From Promethearchaeota archaeon (GTDB lineage Archaea > Asgardarchaeota > Heimdallarchaeia > Hodarchaeales > Hodarchaeaceae), in contig JBHLMN010000018.1 of assembly GCA_048938105.1 (NCBI GenBank), positions 32,001-96,000 on the forward strand: a stretch of 64,000 nt of DNA. Reading direction: 5' to 3'. The notes under the pieces were generated by a model. It was not told where the DNA came from. It was given only the letters and a program-made list of their open reading frames with translations, and searched no databases. Below, in pieces: positions 20,901 to 29,376 of the stretch. Position numbers and translations under genes: made by a program. How positions within the stretch are numbered: the first letter of the stretch is position 1; each line of letters opens with the position of its first letter.

Positions 20901-23900
20901 ATTGTTGTAATATTATTAGGGCCATGAATATAAGGGGATCCATCAATTGTTGGAGCAGCATTATCGATGATTAAGTACACTCTATATTTTTGCCATATTT
21001 CACCTAGGCTTTCCCCATCATGGGGAGTAATTTGGACGGTGATATAATCTCCTGCAACAAAATATGTGCTTAATAAGTCCAAAGTTCCATTGACTTTATG
21101 TATTTCATCTCCATTTCTTTCAACGGTCCAATTAATCTTAGTTCTTGCTAGGTCTAAGTCATCACCATCAGCATCATTAATATAGGGATCAAGAAGAACA
21201 CTAATATCATCTAATGTGTTTAATCCTCCAGTTAATGTTACATCATCAAGTGACATGAGCGAGTTTTGAATAGTTATTTTTTCTGATGTATAATTTCCTG
21301 ACCATTCCGTTCCATCAAAGACACGAATAACAAAAGTCCAATTTTCTCCCTTTGCTGTATAACTTGAAGGCACAGAAGTTTTATTATTTAGACTCGGTAC
21401 TTCCTTAGTTCCATTTTTCCACACAATGGACAAATTAACCATAAGATCATTATCAATATCATGATAATATTCAATATAGTTTGCAATAAGGGTATTTGTG
21501 GTATACGCGGTAGTGGATGGATATATTTCAACTGATAATAGTTCAGGAGCCGTGTTTTCAATCATTATCGTGGCATTGGTACTCCAATTGCCATAGTCTC
21601 CGTAAATATCTTGTGGTTTCACTTCTACTGTCCAGTTGTCTCCTTTAATAAGAGGAGCAATATCAAGAATTTTAAATGTTGGTCCATCAAATTGAGATTG
21701 ATAAATGTCATTTCTATACCAACGGAAAATGGTAATCCCCTCATTATCTCCATCAGGGTCAGAATAGGTATAGCTTACATTTAAATACCCACCAGCTACC
21801 TGATTGCTAAGTGTTAAATTCACCATTAGTGCTTCTGGAGGTTTATTTGGAGGTACTCCAATACTCATGGTTGCAGAAGAAATCCAGCCACTAAAGTTCG
21901 TTCCATCGCTTATATTCATTTCAACACGCCATAGATCATTATTAGTTGTGTTTCCACTCTTAATTACCAATGTATTGGTATAATTAAGCACCCAACTTCC
22001 CAAGCTATAGATATACCACCTTATTTCTAGTGACTCATTTGGATCTGAATCAGCGTCAAAATATGTATAGTTTGCAATCAAATCATCAGTAGACAATATT
22101 TCTGCAGGTATTGTATTATTATTTATATCTACAATCAAAGTCGGTGGAGTATTTCCAATAGTAATTTGGTTAGAAACAGTAAATACTCCAAAATTCTGCC
22201 CATCATACGGAGTAATAATATAATAGAAAATATAACTCTTATTTGTGGCACTAGGTGGTACCTCTGTTTGATTTTCAAAGTTTGTTAGCTCAAGAAATCC
22301 AGAACCATTCCTATAATCACAATACCATCTGATCAAAGACCCCTGTTCTATATCACTTGGATCAGGATCAATCCAATCATAGGAGGCAGTTAGAGTATTC
22401 CCTGTGAGAGGATCACTCGGATAAATAATCACATTCTTTGTGGCAGGAGCAGAATTCTGAATTGTAATAATAATTTCTGAAGCAATCATATCTCCAAAAT
22501 CCTTCCCATCTCGAGGTTTTACTGTTGCATTCCAAATTTCACCCCTCACTAGCGCACTTGAAGGAATTTGTGTTTCATCGTTATATGCTGGTTGTAACTT
22601 CCATTCTGTTCCATTCCATAGATACCATCGAATCTCTGTTCCAGATTCGGTATATCCTTCAGCATCGAAGTAATCATAAAGTAGATATAGAGTGTCGTTG
22701 CTAGTAACCGGTAATTCCTCTGAAAATGCATCTCTGGATAAGGATACATTCTCAGCAATAGGTACGAGATTCGGAGCATATCCTGGATGTTCAGATGAGG
22801 TGTATGTATTTCCTTTAGTATCATTCACCTTAACCACAAAGTTAATAGATCCTTCAATCATGACAAGAGTATTATTCATAAACCCTGATGTTGTATTTTG
22901 CATTATTGCCCATAATGCACTTAAATCTCCCATATTCTCATGATACGTTACGTTTACAATAACAGTATTGATTTTGCCCCAGGAATCAGAAACATTTGCT
23001 TTAAAAGTACCATATGGCCCTTCATCAGTAAAAAAGGCCCAATCATCAACATTTGGGGCTATTGTGTCATAATCGAAGGTGTGGTTGCCCTCAATAGAGG
23101 CTTTTTTTAGAGTGTTATCGAAAGTATCAGATGCATTAACAATTTGATAAGTATAATAATCATCGTAGTTAATTGAGAGAGGTTGATAAATCCATATGTC
23201 GCTAGCATTCTTACTCATATCAACTTCTATAATTCCGTTAAGTAACAACTTTACATTAGTTACTGTTGAAAATGAATCAGTGACATTTGCCCAAAATGTT
23301 GGATTTCCATCACCTGGATCGTCAACACCAAAGCTATCAATTACAGGAGGAGTCTTATCGGTATAAAGTGTTAGTGCATGAATATAAATATCCTGTTCTA
23401 TACTTTCGGCATAGATTTGTATTCTATTTTCTGAATCGATTCCACTACCACCCATCAACCATTGGTCACCACCTACATCATAACGAGGAAATGTCCAACT
23501 TTGGCCATATTTTCTAGCTATATTCTTATAATCTGCGTAACCACCGGTCGATTCATACTGTAAAATGACTCCTGAAGCATTAGAAGGTACAGTAGAATAA
23601 CTGTCTAAGTCTCGTATAGTCCATCCTGGGTATGGTGCTGAAATACTATCCCTGTTTGTGTCTAACCAGTCAATGCTATCCTTTACTTCTGCGATTAAGA
23701 AAAATTTGGCTGCCCTCCCACTAGTAATGTAATATTCAAATTGGTCATTTGCATCGATTTTGACGAAAAAAACTCCACAATTATATTCTTCCCACTCTCT
23801 AAATGTCATAGAATCAGTAGAACCAACAGCTCTGACCAATATTGTTGCATCTTGATCAGATGTTGATTGTCCAAAAAGGATAACTCCTGTTGTAGTGTCA

Positions 23901-25729
23901 TCTACGCCACTAATAGTAATCTTATTCCATGATGAGTCAGCAGTTAAACTTCCTAAATCAGAAGCAACTCTTTTAAATTGTGGATCCGAGCCTACAGTAT
24001 AACCCATAACATAAAGTCTCGAGGATGCACTTTGTCGCCAAGTATCAATATATTTATGTTCACTAAGCTTAACTATTTGCATTCTCCACGTTTCTTCTTC
24101 AATTCTACAATAATTAGAGCCCCCATTCATGAAATCATTAGTATCCTGTGATCCTCGGGCAACAGCATGACGAACATAAATACTATCTTCAACCCAAGTT
24201 AATATTACACCTGTGGCATTGCTAGGAATGCTGTCATCTGATAAATCCTGTTGTACCCAAGAACTATATGTCATCCCTAAATTCACTTCATCTGGGCTAT
24301 CAAGCCAAATAAATCCAGAATCATCCCCTAAAACCTGTTCTGGACCTTCTACAATCAACAAGACTGAGTCAATCTCCCACCAATCTTGAATACTATCAGT
24401 AGAGGTTGTTGAACCACCAAATTTAATCGTAAATGTTGGACTAGTAAGTGTAACTGTGAAATTATTCCATGTGGAAGCTGTTAGATCTGAAGTAATCAAC
24501 TCCCAAGAGTCCCCATCCCAATAAGTTACATTAATATCTTCAATTCCTCCAAATGAGCCTGTTTTGATACATAATTCCTCTGCAATACTTCCAGAGTCAT
24601 AAACTCCAGCAAATTGAGCTTCTAGATCTAATTGATAATCAGTTCCAGTTCCACCACCAGAAAAACCTGAAGGAACATCAGTGGAAAATGTGCCGCCACT
24701 ACCAGCCTCAACACAATTGGATGAGCCAGCAGAGTCAGTTAAATCATTGTCAAACTCATAATAATGGACTAGATTGCTTTCCGAACCTGATAATTTAGTT
24801 TTATAATCATTCTGAATAGCCGAAAGGCTTCTATCAGTGTCATAATAGCGAAAATCATCAACATGCCCATCGACTTCATAACCACTGTTTCTGGAGTTCA
24901 TAATATTATTTTGAATGACTCCAATAGTGCTTACTGCACCTGTCCATGTTGAAGTAGAAGCCACCTGAGAAGGTTGATTATTCTCATCTCCCTCGTAAAT
25001 GTAAATAGTATTCGCAATTTCATCCCAAGTTACAGCCCAAAAATACCATGTATTAGTCGTAAAACCATGAGTATAAAGTAATGCATCAGTTACCCCCCAA
25101 TCTAGATGTAATTCCGAATTTCCAATTCCACCAAATCTAATCTCAAAATCAGTATGTTGACCCCAGAAACGACCACTAATAGAGTCAAACTTTAACCACA
25201 GAGAAATTGTGCCTGATGTTGAACCAAAATCTGTTAAACCACCAGAACCAACCTGTAAAAAATTCCCAAAACCACCAGGAGCATCCCAAGAATGCGTGTT
25301 GCCACTGGAAGGAATTACTTCTGTCATGTTATCATAAATTGAATCTGTTGCCTGTATATTACTAAACAAGTCATGGCTGCCTAAATCAGGACTTGAATCA
25401 ACATCAGATGTCAAGTCTACATAGTCTTCAATCGTTCCTCCTCCTGGTCCTTGAATTTTATGATGAATTCCAATTGAAAAATTATTATTTGCTTGAAAAT
25501 TAATTTCAGAAGATTCAAGTTCTATTCGAGGTGACCTCATAAGTCTTGATACTGCCTGATTGCTTCTATTTTCCTCTTTTGATATTCTGAAACCTCTTAA
25601 TAGCTCCAACGCAATCGAATTTGAATCTTCATAATTTACTGTTTGGATTGGAATAGAAAATGAAACAATATTAAGTACAAAAAAACAAGTAAAAAAACCG
25701 AGAATGAAATTTTTATGGCGTATTAACAT
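17987..25729 (-). CDS. Giant single-pass surface protein: signal peptide, LamG domain, about 11 Ca-binding Ig-like repeats, TM helix and cytoplasmic folliculin/SMCR8-like longin (uDENN) domain
   Basis: N-terminal hydrophobic signal; LamG motifs (TISLWLK, WYFWAVTWD, GHVDDFRYY); about 100-aa repeats N..P...D.D.D....W..NG...KG..W...V.P.DG; TM at about aa 2363-2385; tail FFDQRHGP and PEARGG. Confidence 0.85.
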   Translation of the reverse strand: MLIRHKNFILGFFTCFFVLNIVSFSIPIQTVNYEDSNSIALELLRGFRISKEENRSNQAVSRLMRSPRIELESSEINFQANNNFSIGIHHKIQGPGGGTIEDYVDLTSDVDSSPDLGSHDLFSNIQATDSIYDNMTEVIPSSGNTHSWDAPGGFGNFLQVGSGGLTDFGSTSGTISLWLKFDSISGRFWGQHTDFEIRFGGIGNSELHLDWGVTDALLYTHGFTTNTWYFWAVTWDEIANTIYIYEGDENNQPSQVASTSTWTGAVSTIGVIQNNIMNSRNSGYEVDGHVDDFRYYDTDRSLSAIQNDYKTKLSGSESNLVHYYEFDNDLTDSAGSSNCVEAGSGGTFSTDVPSGFSGGGTGTDYQLDLEAQFAGVYDSGSIAEELCIKTGSFGGIEDINVTYWDGDSWELITSDLTASTWNNFTVTLTSPTFTIKFGGSTTSTDSIQDWWEIDSVLLIVEGPEQVLGDDSGFIWLDSPDEVNLGMTYSSWVQQDLSDDSIPSNATGVILTWVEDSIYVRHAVARGSQDTNDFMNGGSNYCRIEEETWRMQIVKLSEHKYIDTWRQSASSRLYVMGYTVGSDPQFKRVASDLGSLTADSSWNKITISGVDDTTTGVILFGQSTSDQDATILVRAVGSTDSMTFREWEEYNCGVFFVKIDANDQFEYYITSGRAAKFFLIAEVKDSIDWLDTNRDSISAPYPGWTIRDLDSYSTVPSNASGVILQYESTGGYADYKNIARKYGQSWTFPRYDVGGDQWLMGGSGIDSENRIQIYAESIEQDIYIHALTLYTDKTPPVIDSFGVDDPGDGNPTFWANVTDSFSTVTNVKLLLNGIIEVDMSKNASDIWIYQPLSINYDDYYTYQIVNASDTFDNTLKKASIEGNHTFDYDTIAPNVDDWAFFTDEGPYGTFKANVSDSWGKINTVIVNVTYHENMGDLSALWAIMQNTTSGFMNNTLVMIEGSINFVVKVNDTKGNTYTSSEHPGYAPNLVPIAENVSLSRDAFSEELPVTSNDTLYLLYDYFDAEGYTESGTEIRWYLWNGTEWKLQPAYNDETQIPSSALVRGEIWNATVKPRDGKDFGDMIASEIIITIQNSAPATKNVIIYPSDPLTGNTLTASYDWIDPDPSDIEQGSLIRWYCDYRNGSGFLELTNFENQTEVPPSATNKSYIFYYIITPYDGQNFGVFTVSNQITIGNTPPTLIVDINNNTIPAEILSTDDLIANYTYFDADSDPNESLEIRWYIYSLGSWVLNYTNTLVIKSGNTTNNDLWRVEMNISDGTNFSGWISSATMSIGVPPNKPPEALMVNLTLSNQVAGGYLNVSYTYSDPDGDNEGITIFRWYRNDIYQSQFDGPTFKILDIAPLIKGDNWTVEVKPQDIYGDYGNWSTNATIMIENTAPELLSVEIYPSTTAYTTNTLIANYIEYYHDIDNDLMVNLSIVWKNGTKEVPSLNNKTSVPSSYTAKGENWTFVIRVFDGTEWSGNYTSEKITIQNSLMSLDDVTLTGGLNTLDDISVLLDPYINDADGDDLDLARTKINWTVERNGDEIHKVNGTLDLLSTYFVAGDYITVQITPHDGESLGEIWQKYRVYLIIDNAAPTIDGSPYIHGPNNITTIFYASKVLYVNYTTLDPDSGESNALYDIEYDENGLVTDAEYKWFRNGTLVEEISSFFVPISYLSRGDIWNVSVRPRDRWGDFGDWVTSPAIIINNSPPIITEFYEVNLETKSDMDLDLMFIYFDYDGDNITLSETLILWYNNSTPIPDTENGTIIDFDQIGNQIHVRIRLSCNTFSRGDNISVYVQPFDGINWGIEPNISSNIIIVNSLPIVYDVKIQPNGLDLPAYTVDSLNISWDFFDEDDDPVDSYVAFIKWFNKGIEQDKFENSTMIPAINTTKGDSWRIEIQVFDGFDYSIIYTSDPITILNSPPIITEVTIWSSNKNATQTYADTSLILDPIQDINNTDPDQDPILWQYTFIYWFKNGTYQPEYDNWEEIPATEISKGESWFARVQITDDGENWSLNYSSQEIFIVNKAPEIKILKLVGNEFPDFLIEDEDINVSLTLLDIDLGDSDLSFFNWYVNGSYQSQYDNLRLIPQDQTHPGQNWTVQIRPFDGFDNGSLISMSIFIESRPAIQEFVSYIYTESEGLYQFAVKAHDSLDNQIVDVRFEIFLNKSTVPIVNTITNFPNATGYWILPYTLHDFAFLNTNATMRITVRTTVEYSDVFYITNEKDYIFTLLDKSPPRVIDAWFIKDDEYDPTSLIFYAEVEEFGSNISEVILFYYFVPVSETEGTAGLGATVLQTELHHSKMIFQNKSDNVFLYSVTVDFQHNQSDIEIHYRISTRDGDGNINEYAFDNTGLPDQTFRFQSPGLPQWVLLIAGVIIFVIFVGSIVYIKFIRKPELVGLDKELVLQKIADINPNEVINSLDNHTLGVIVSFFDQRHGPIPIIILPELLKDNYSKLVELSDRSFGGTGFGQNFDEEIPSNFDFILAEGIRTSVLSFGFAVERPEARGGQENLTLNILIHKNVFPLLNQFQDEIQDQVHSFHVIMDKDPSKKEKIQKSAFEIRKFVSTIVLSYQNIYGTTELLGEEE
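19380..22775 (-). repeat. About 11 tandem ~100-aa Ig/cadherin-like repeats in the giant protein
   Basis: Repeat starts NLVP, NSAP, NTPP, NKPP, NTAP, NSLM, NAAP, NSPP, NSLP, NSPP, NKAP, most with a DxDxD loop; diverged at DNA level. Confidence 0.85.
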
Positions 25730-25967
25730 CGAAATCCCTAAATCTTTGTTTAATTGAATTATAATAGTCGTTAAAAATTAGAAGCTCTGTATTATTTGGA
25801 TAGGATAAGTTATTGAAGTAAATTTAGCTTTATATTGTTTAGAATATTATAAGGCTTGCTGAACAAAACCTCCGTATTAAAATATCTATGTAAATTTTAA
25901 TCATCAAACATCCCATTATATCGAGAATTGATGGTCAGCTTGAGTAACGCCTCAATCATCGATTTCT

Positions 25968-28157
25968 TCAATCCAGATCTTTTTCAAGAAGAGCTAAGTA
26001 CTCCTTTAGTTCTCTAGATGTTTGATCTTCTACCACTTCAAATTCAGGTTTTAATACTTCCTTCGGTCTTATTCCTTCTGATTCTGATTCAATTACCTTT
26101 TTTATAGTTTCTTGGATGACTCGTGCTGCAAAATCTAAAGCACCATCTTTATCAATTGGGAGTTGTATCGCTTCCTTAAGAAGCCGCTTTAACTGATCTA
26201 TTTTGATAGATTCCACAACATTAACCTGAGCTATTGGAAATCCTCGCTGCACAAAGTCAATTAAAACTCCTTTCTTGGCTTTATAAACAGTAAACGCTAA
26301 TTGTTCACTATCAGGGAGCATGAGATAATTAGTATCTACTTCAATCTGCATAGGAATTATAAAATTAACAGTTTCAGTTAAATATCCTTGTTCTTTCCGA
26401 CTTCTTTTAGTTGTCACTTCACTGGTAGATTTCAAGGTTTTCTTTTGCAACTGTCTTAAAGATTCGTGAATAATTTTTGTTGCAAAATGCATAGAACCCA
26501 ATCCTTCCTCAAAGAATCCCATATTCTGCATATTAAGTTCATATGCTAATAAATACAGAATTTCATCAGAAGTGATCTTTGATGAGACTTTTGCACTTCC
26601 AATTAACTCTGTTTGACCAACAAGCCCTAAAAAATGAAAAGAAATAATTGCGTTTAAACCTTCATCAACAAGATCGATTTTAAATCCCAACCCCTTGATA
26701 TTAGGAATAGCGATTATCCCGTTGTTCGTTTCAGCCTCTACAGGAATATCAACTTCTGTCAATTCCACTGGTTTTTCTTCAACAATCTCTTCTACAGCTT
26801 CTTTTTTCTTCTTTTTCATTTTTTCTGGGATTAAATATTTCTCTAGTATTTCTTCAATAGACATCTTTGGTTTTTCAGCTATAAAGACCAAACACTTAAC
26901 AAAATCTTCTTCTTTAAGTCGTGATTTTAAATAGGCACCAAAAAGCTGTAAAAGTTTGTCATCGGTTATATTTTTGTATTTTTTATCCCCTTGAGACTTT
27001 TTAATGAATGGTAAATATTTGAAAAAAACATCAAGAAGAAGAGGGATTTCAATACCGATTTTAGCTGCTGTCTCAAAGATAATATCATATCCAGATTCGA
27101 CAATCTCTGTGGCTTTATCAGGTTCAATTCGGAAAAAATCTACGAAGTAACTAATTCTCGGGTTGATTTGAACACTTTCCCTTTTTTCAACTAGTTTTTC
27201 TTCATTTACAACTGATATAATGTGTTCTTTATGTTTTGTCGGCGTAAGAACTGAATCTTGGCCCACAAATTCATCCGCATATGGTTGAGGACTCACATCA
27301 ACATGTGTTAATGTTGTTTCCGAAATAGACTCTTCTTCAGCAGCATTACCCAGGAATATTCCTCCTTGAGATAATGCCTCAGGATCTGTTTTTACAGCTG
27401 ACTCCATCAACCGTTGTAATTTACTTAATATAGCAGGATCTCCAGCCATTTTAGGAGTAATAGTTTCTACAGGTTGATTAGCTACAACAGCTGAAGGCCT
27501 TCGAAGTGTCATTCCAGTTTCATGAAATTCTTCAATCTCACCAATCTCACGCCCCTCAACAAATTCACTCTTAGAGATTTCTGGGATTACAAGTTCAATT
27601 ATTCTTCCAAAAGCGTTGATTACACTTTCTGGACGATAGATTGTAGTTCTAAAGAATTTAAGTGGCCCTTTAGGATATTCTAATTGAAGTTGTTCTTTTA
27701 GCTGTTCATGTATTGATTCATAGTTTGGTGAGTCAACCAAAAGATCGTTCTTATGTAGAAAAACAAAAGTCTCTGTATGAGGAGAATAAGTATTAATTTT
27801 TTCAAGACATGCTTTGAAATATTCAATAGCATTGTTTCGGGAAGTTTTGTTGGCTACATCGATTAAGAATATAAAAATTTTAACACTACTGAATACAAAT
27901 GGGCTAAAACCACTTAAAAAACGCTTCAGAAAGACCTTTTGACCACCTAAATCCATTATGGTTATTGGTGTATCACGAATTGTAATAGACATTCGTTCAT
28001 AATTAATTGTAGCTGAAAGACTGTCAACGTCCTCCGCACGTTGTTTGAGGAAAAATATACGTTTGACCGCAGTTTTTCCTGCTTCAGATAATCCTGCTAT
28101 CAATATTTTGTATCCTAGCTTCGCAGCTAATTCTGCGTCAGAAACCCATTCGCTCAT
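25968..28157 (-). CDS. Rag/Gtr-like small GTPase with a long C-terminal extension
   Basis: G1 GLSEAGKT, G2 ATINY, G3 DLGGQ, G4 HKND (His-Lys typical of Rag), G5 TTIY; about 540 additional aa. Confidence 0.88.
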   Translation of the reverse strand: MSEWVSDAELAAKLGYKILIAGLSEAGKTAVKRIFFLKQRAEDVDSLSATINYERMSITIRDTPITIMDLGGQKVFLKRFLSGFSPFVFSSVKIFIFLIDVANKTSRNNAIEYFKACLEKINTYSPHTETFVFLHKNDLLVDSPNYESIHEQLKEQLQLEYPKGPLKFFRTTIYRPESVINAFGRIIELVIPEISKSEFVEGREIGEIEEFHETGMTLRRPSAVVANQPVETITPKMAGDPAILSKLQRLMESAVKTDPEALSQGGIFLGNAAEEESISETTLTHVDVSPQPYADEFVGQDSVLTPTKHKEHIISVVNEEKLVEKRESVQINPRISYFVDFFRIEPDKATEIVESGYDIIFETAAKIGIEIPLLLDVFFKYLPFIKKSQGDKKYKNITDDKLLQLFGAYLKSRLKEEDFVKCLVFIAEKPKMSIEEILEKYLIPEKMKKKKKEAVEEIVEEKPVELTEVDIPVEAETNNGIIAIPNIKGLGFKIDLVDEGLNAIISFHFLGLVGQTELIGSAKVSSKITSDEILYLLAYELNMQNMGFFEEGLGSMHFATKIIHESLRQLQKKTLKSTSEVTTKRSRKEQGYLTETVNFIIPMQIEVDTNYLMLPDSEQLAFTVYKAKKGVLIDFVQRGFPIAQVNVVESIKIDQLKRLLKEAIQLPIDKDGALDFAARVIQETIKKVIESESEGIRPKEVLKPEFEVVEDQTSRELKEYLALLEKDLD

Positions 28158-28444
28158 TAGTCACTAACCTGTAAAGTCATTCATTGAGTCGTTTATTATA
28201 AAATTCTAAAATTTTTCCCAAGTTTTACTCACATTACTTATGATCTGTGATATCGAGATTAAGTACCTAATAAAAATCTTAAGGAATTCTTGTTGTGAGA
28301 AATAATAAGGCATATTAATCTATTTTGATCAGAAGCACTAACAATACAATGAGGATATTTTATATATCGTAGAACAAGTTATTATTACTTGAATTCTAAC
28401 TTACATTTAATCAGCATTTAAAGAAGATTCCGAGGGTTACATCC
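28158..28444. promoter_or_regulatory. Divergent promoter region shared by the two Rag-like GTPases
   Basis: Head-to-head genes; TATA-like elements at about 28192-28203 and 28358-28367. Confidence 0.5.
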
Positions 28445-29347
28445 GTGTCAGCAGTAGCAAAACAAAAAGTTCTTTTTATGGGCCTTGGTGCTTCAGGTAA
28501 ATCAAGTATACGCTCGGTAGTCTTCGAAGGAAAATCAGTGGAAGATGTCAAAGATTATAATGCAACGATAAATTATACCCGATCTTCTAAAAGTATAATT
28601 GATAGTGCATTTCAAATTTTTGATTGTGGGGGTCAAGAAGCGTTTATTTCCGTCTTTGTTGGAGAACAAGCGGAATTTATTTTTAGCGATGTTTCTATAT
28701 TAGTTTGGGTCGTAGATGTTTCCAATTTCGATGTAGTTAGTACCTCAAAATTCTATTTTGATTTAGCTGTTAAAAAATTAAGTGAATACTCACCTGATTC
28801 TGTAATTTTTTGTCTCTTTCATAAGATTGATCTTCTACTATTGGATATGAAGGAACAAGTTGTAACAACCATGAAAAGTTATTTTACAGCTGAAGAATCG
28901 TTTAATGTTCATTATCGGGGAACATCAATTTATGACAACTCGATTTTTTTAGCTGTGGGAGAGATGGTACAAACCTTAATTCTAAAAACTACAAAAGCTA
29001 AAACCGTCTCTGAGGCTATTCAGGAATTCATGCAAGCACACAGAGAGTTATCAGGAATCGCAGTTTATTCAGATGATGGATTACCTGTATTTGAGGAAGG
29101 AGAAATGGCTGATCAAATTATTCTTCCTGCTAATCTTTGGCTAACAAATTACGACAGGCTAAGTAATGAGTTTGCTTCTGACATAACTTTTAAAACTACT
29201 TTAGAAACAAATGACTACATTTTTATTTTTCAAAAACTTAAAGGGGAGCTGCTTCTGTCAGGTATAGCGCAAAAAGTTGCTCCACTTCAATATGTGCTTG
29301 TTAAAATGGAACAGCTTGCTGAAATTATAAGCAAGTTATTGCAATAG
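28445..29347 (+). CDS. Rag/Gtr1-like GTPase with C-terminal roadblock domain
   Basis: KVLFMGLGASGKSSIRSVVF, ATINY, DCGGQ, FCLFHKIDLL and TSIYD closely match RagA/Gtr1 motifs; C-terminal roadblock (GIAVYSDDGLPV...). Confidence 0.92.
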   Translation: MSAVAKQKVLFMGLGASGKSSIRSVVFEGKSVEDVKDYNATINYTRSSKSIIDSAFQIFDCGGQEAFISVFVGEQAEFIFSDVSILVWVVDVSNFDVVSTSKFYFDLAVKKLSEYSPDSVIFCLFHKIDLLLLDMKEQVVTTMKSYFTAEESFNVHYRGTSIYDNSIFLAVGEMVQTLILKTTKAKTVSEAIQEFMQAHRELSGIAVYSDDGLPVFEEGEMADQIILPANLWLTNYDRLSNEFASDITFKTTLETNDYIFIFQKLKGELLLSGIAQKVAPLQYVLVKMEQLAEIISKLLQ

Positions 29348-29376
29348 CTGTTTTTACAAAACTTTACATTTCTTTG

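Noticed and set aside
19380-22775. Calling the Ig repeats true cadherins
   Set aside because: DxDxD and N..P motifs are cadherin-like, but LDRE/PE motifs are absent; only 'Ca-binding Ig-like' is supportable
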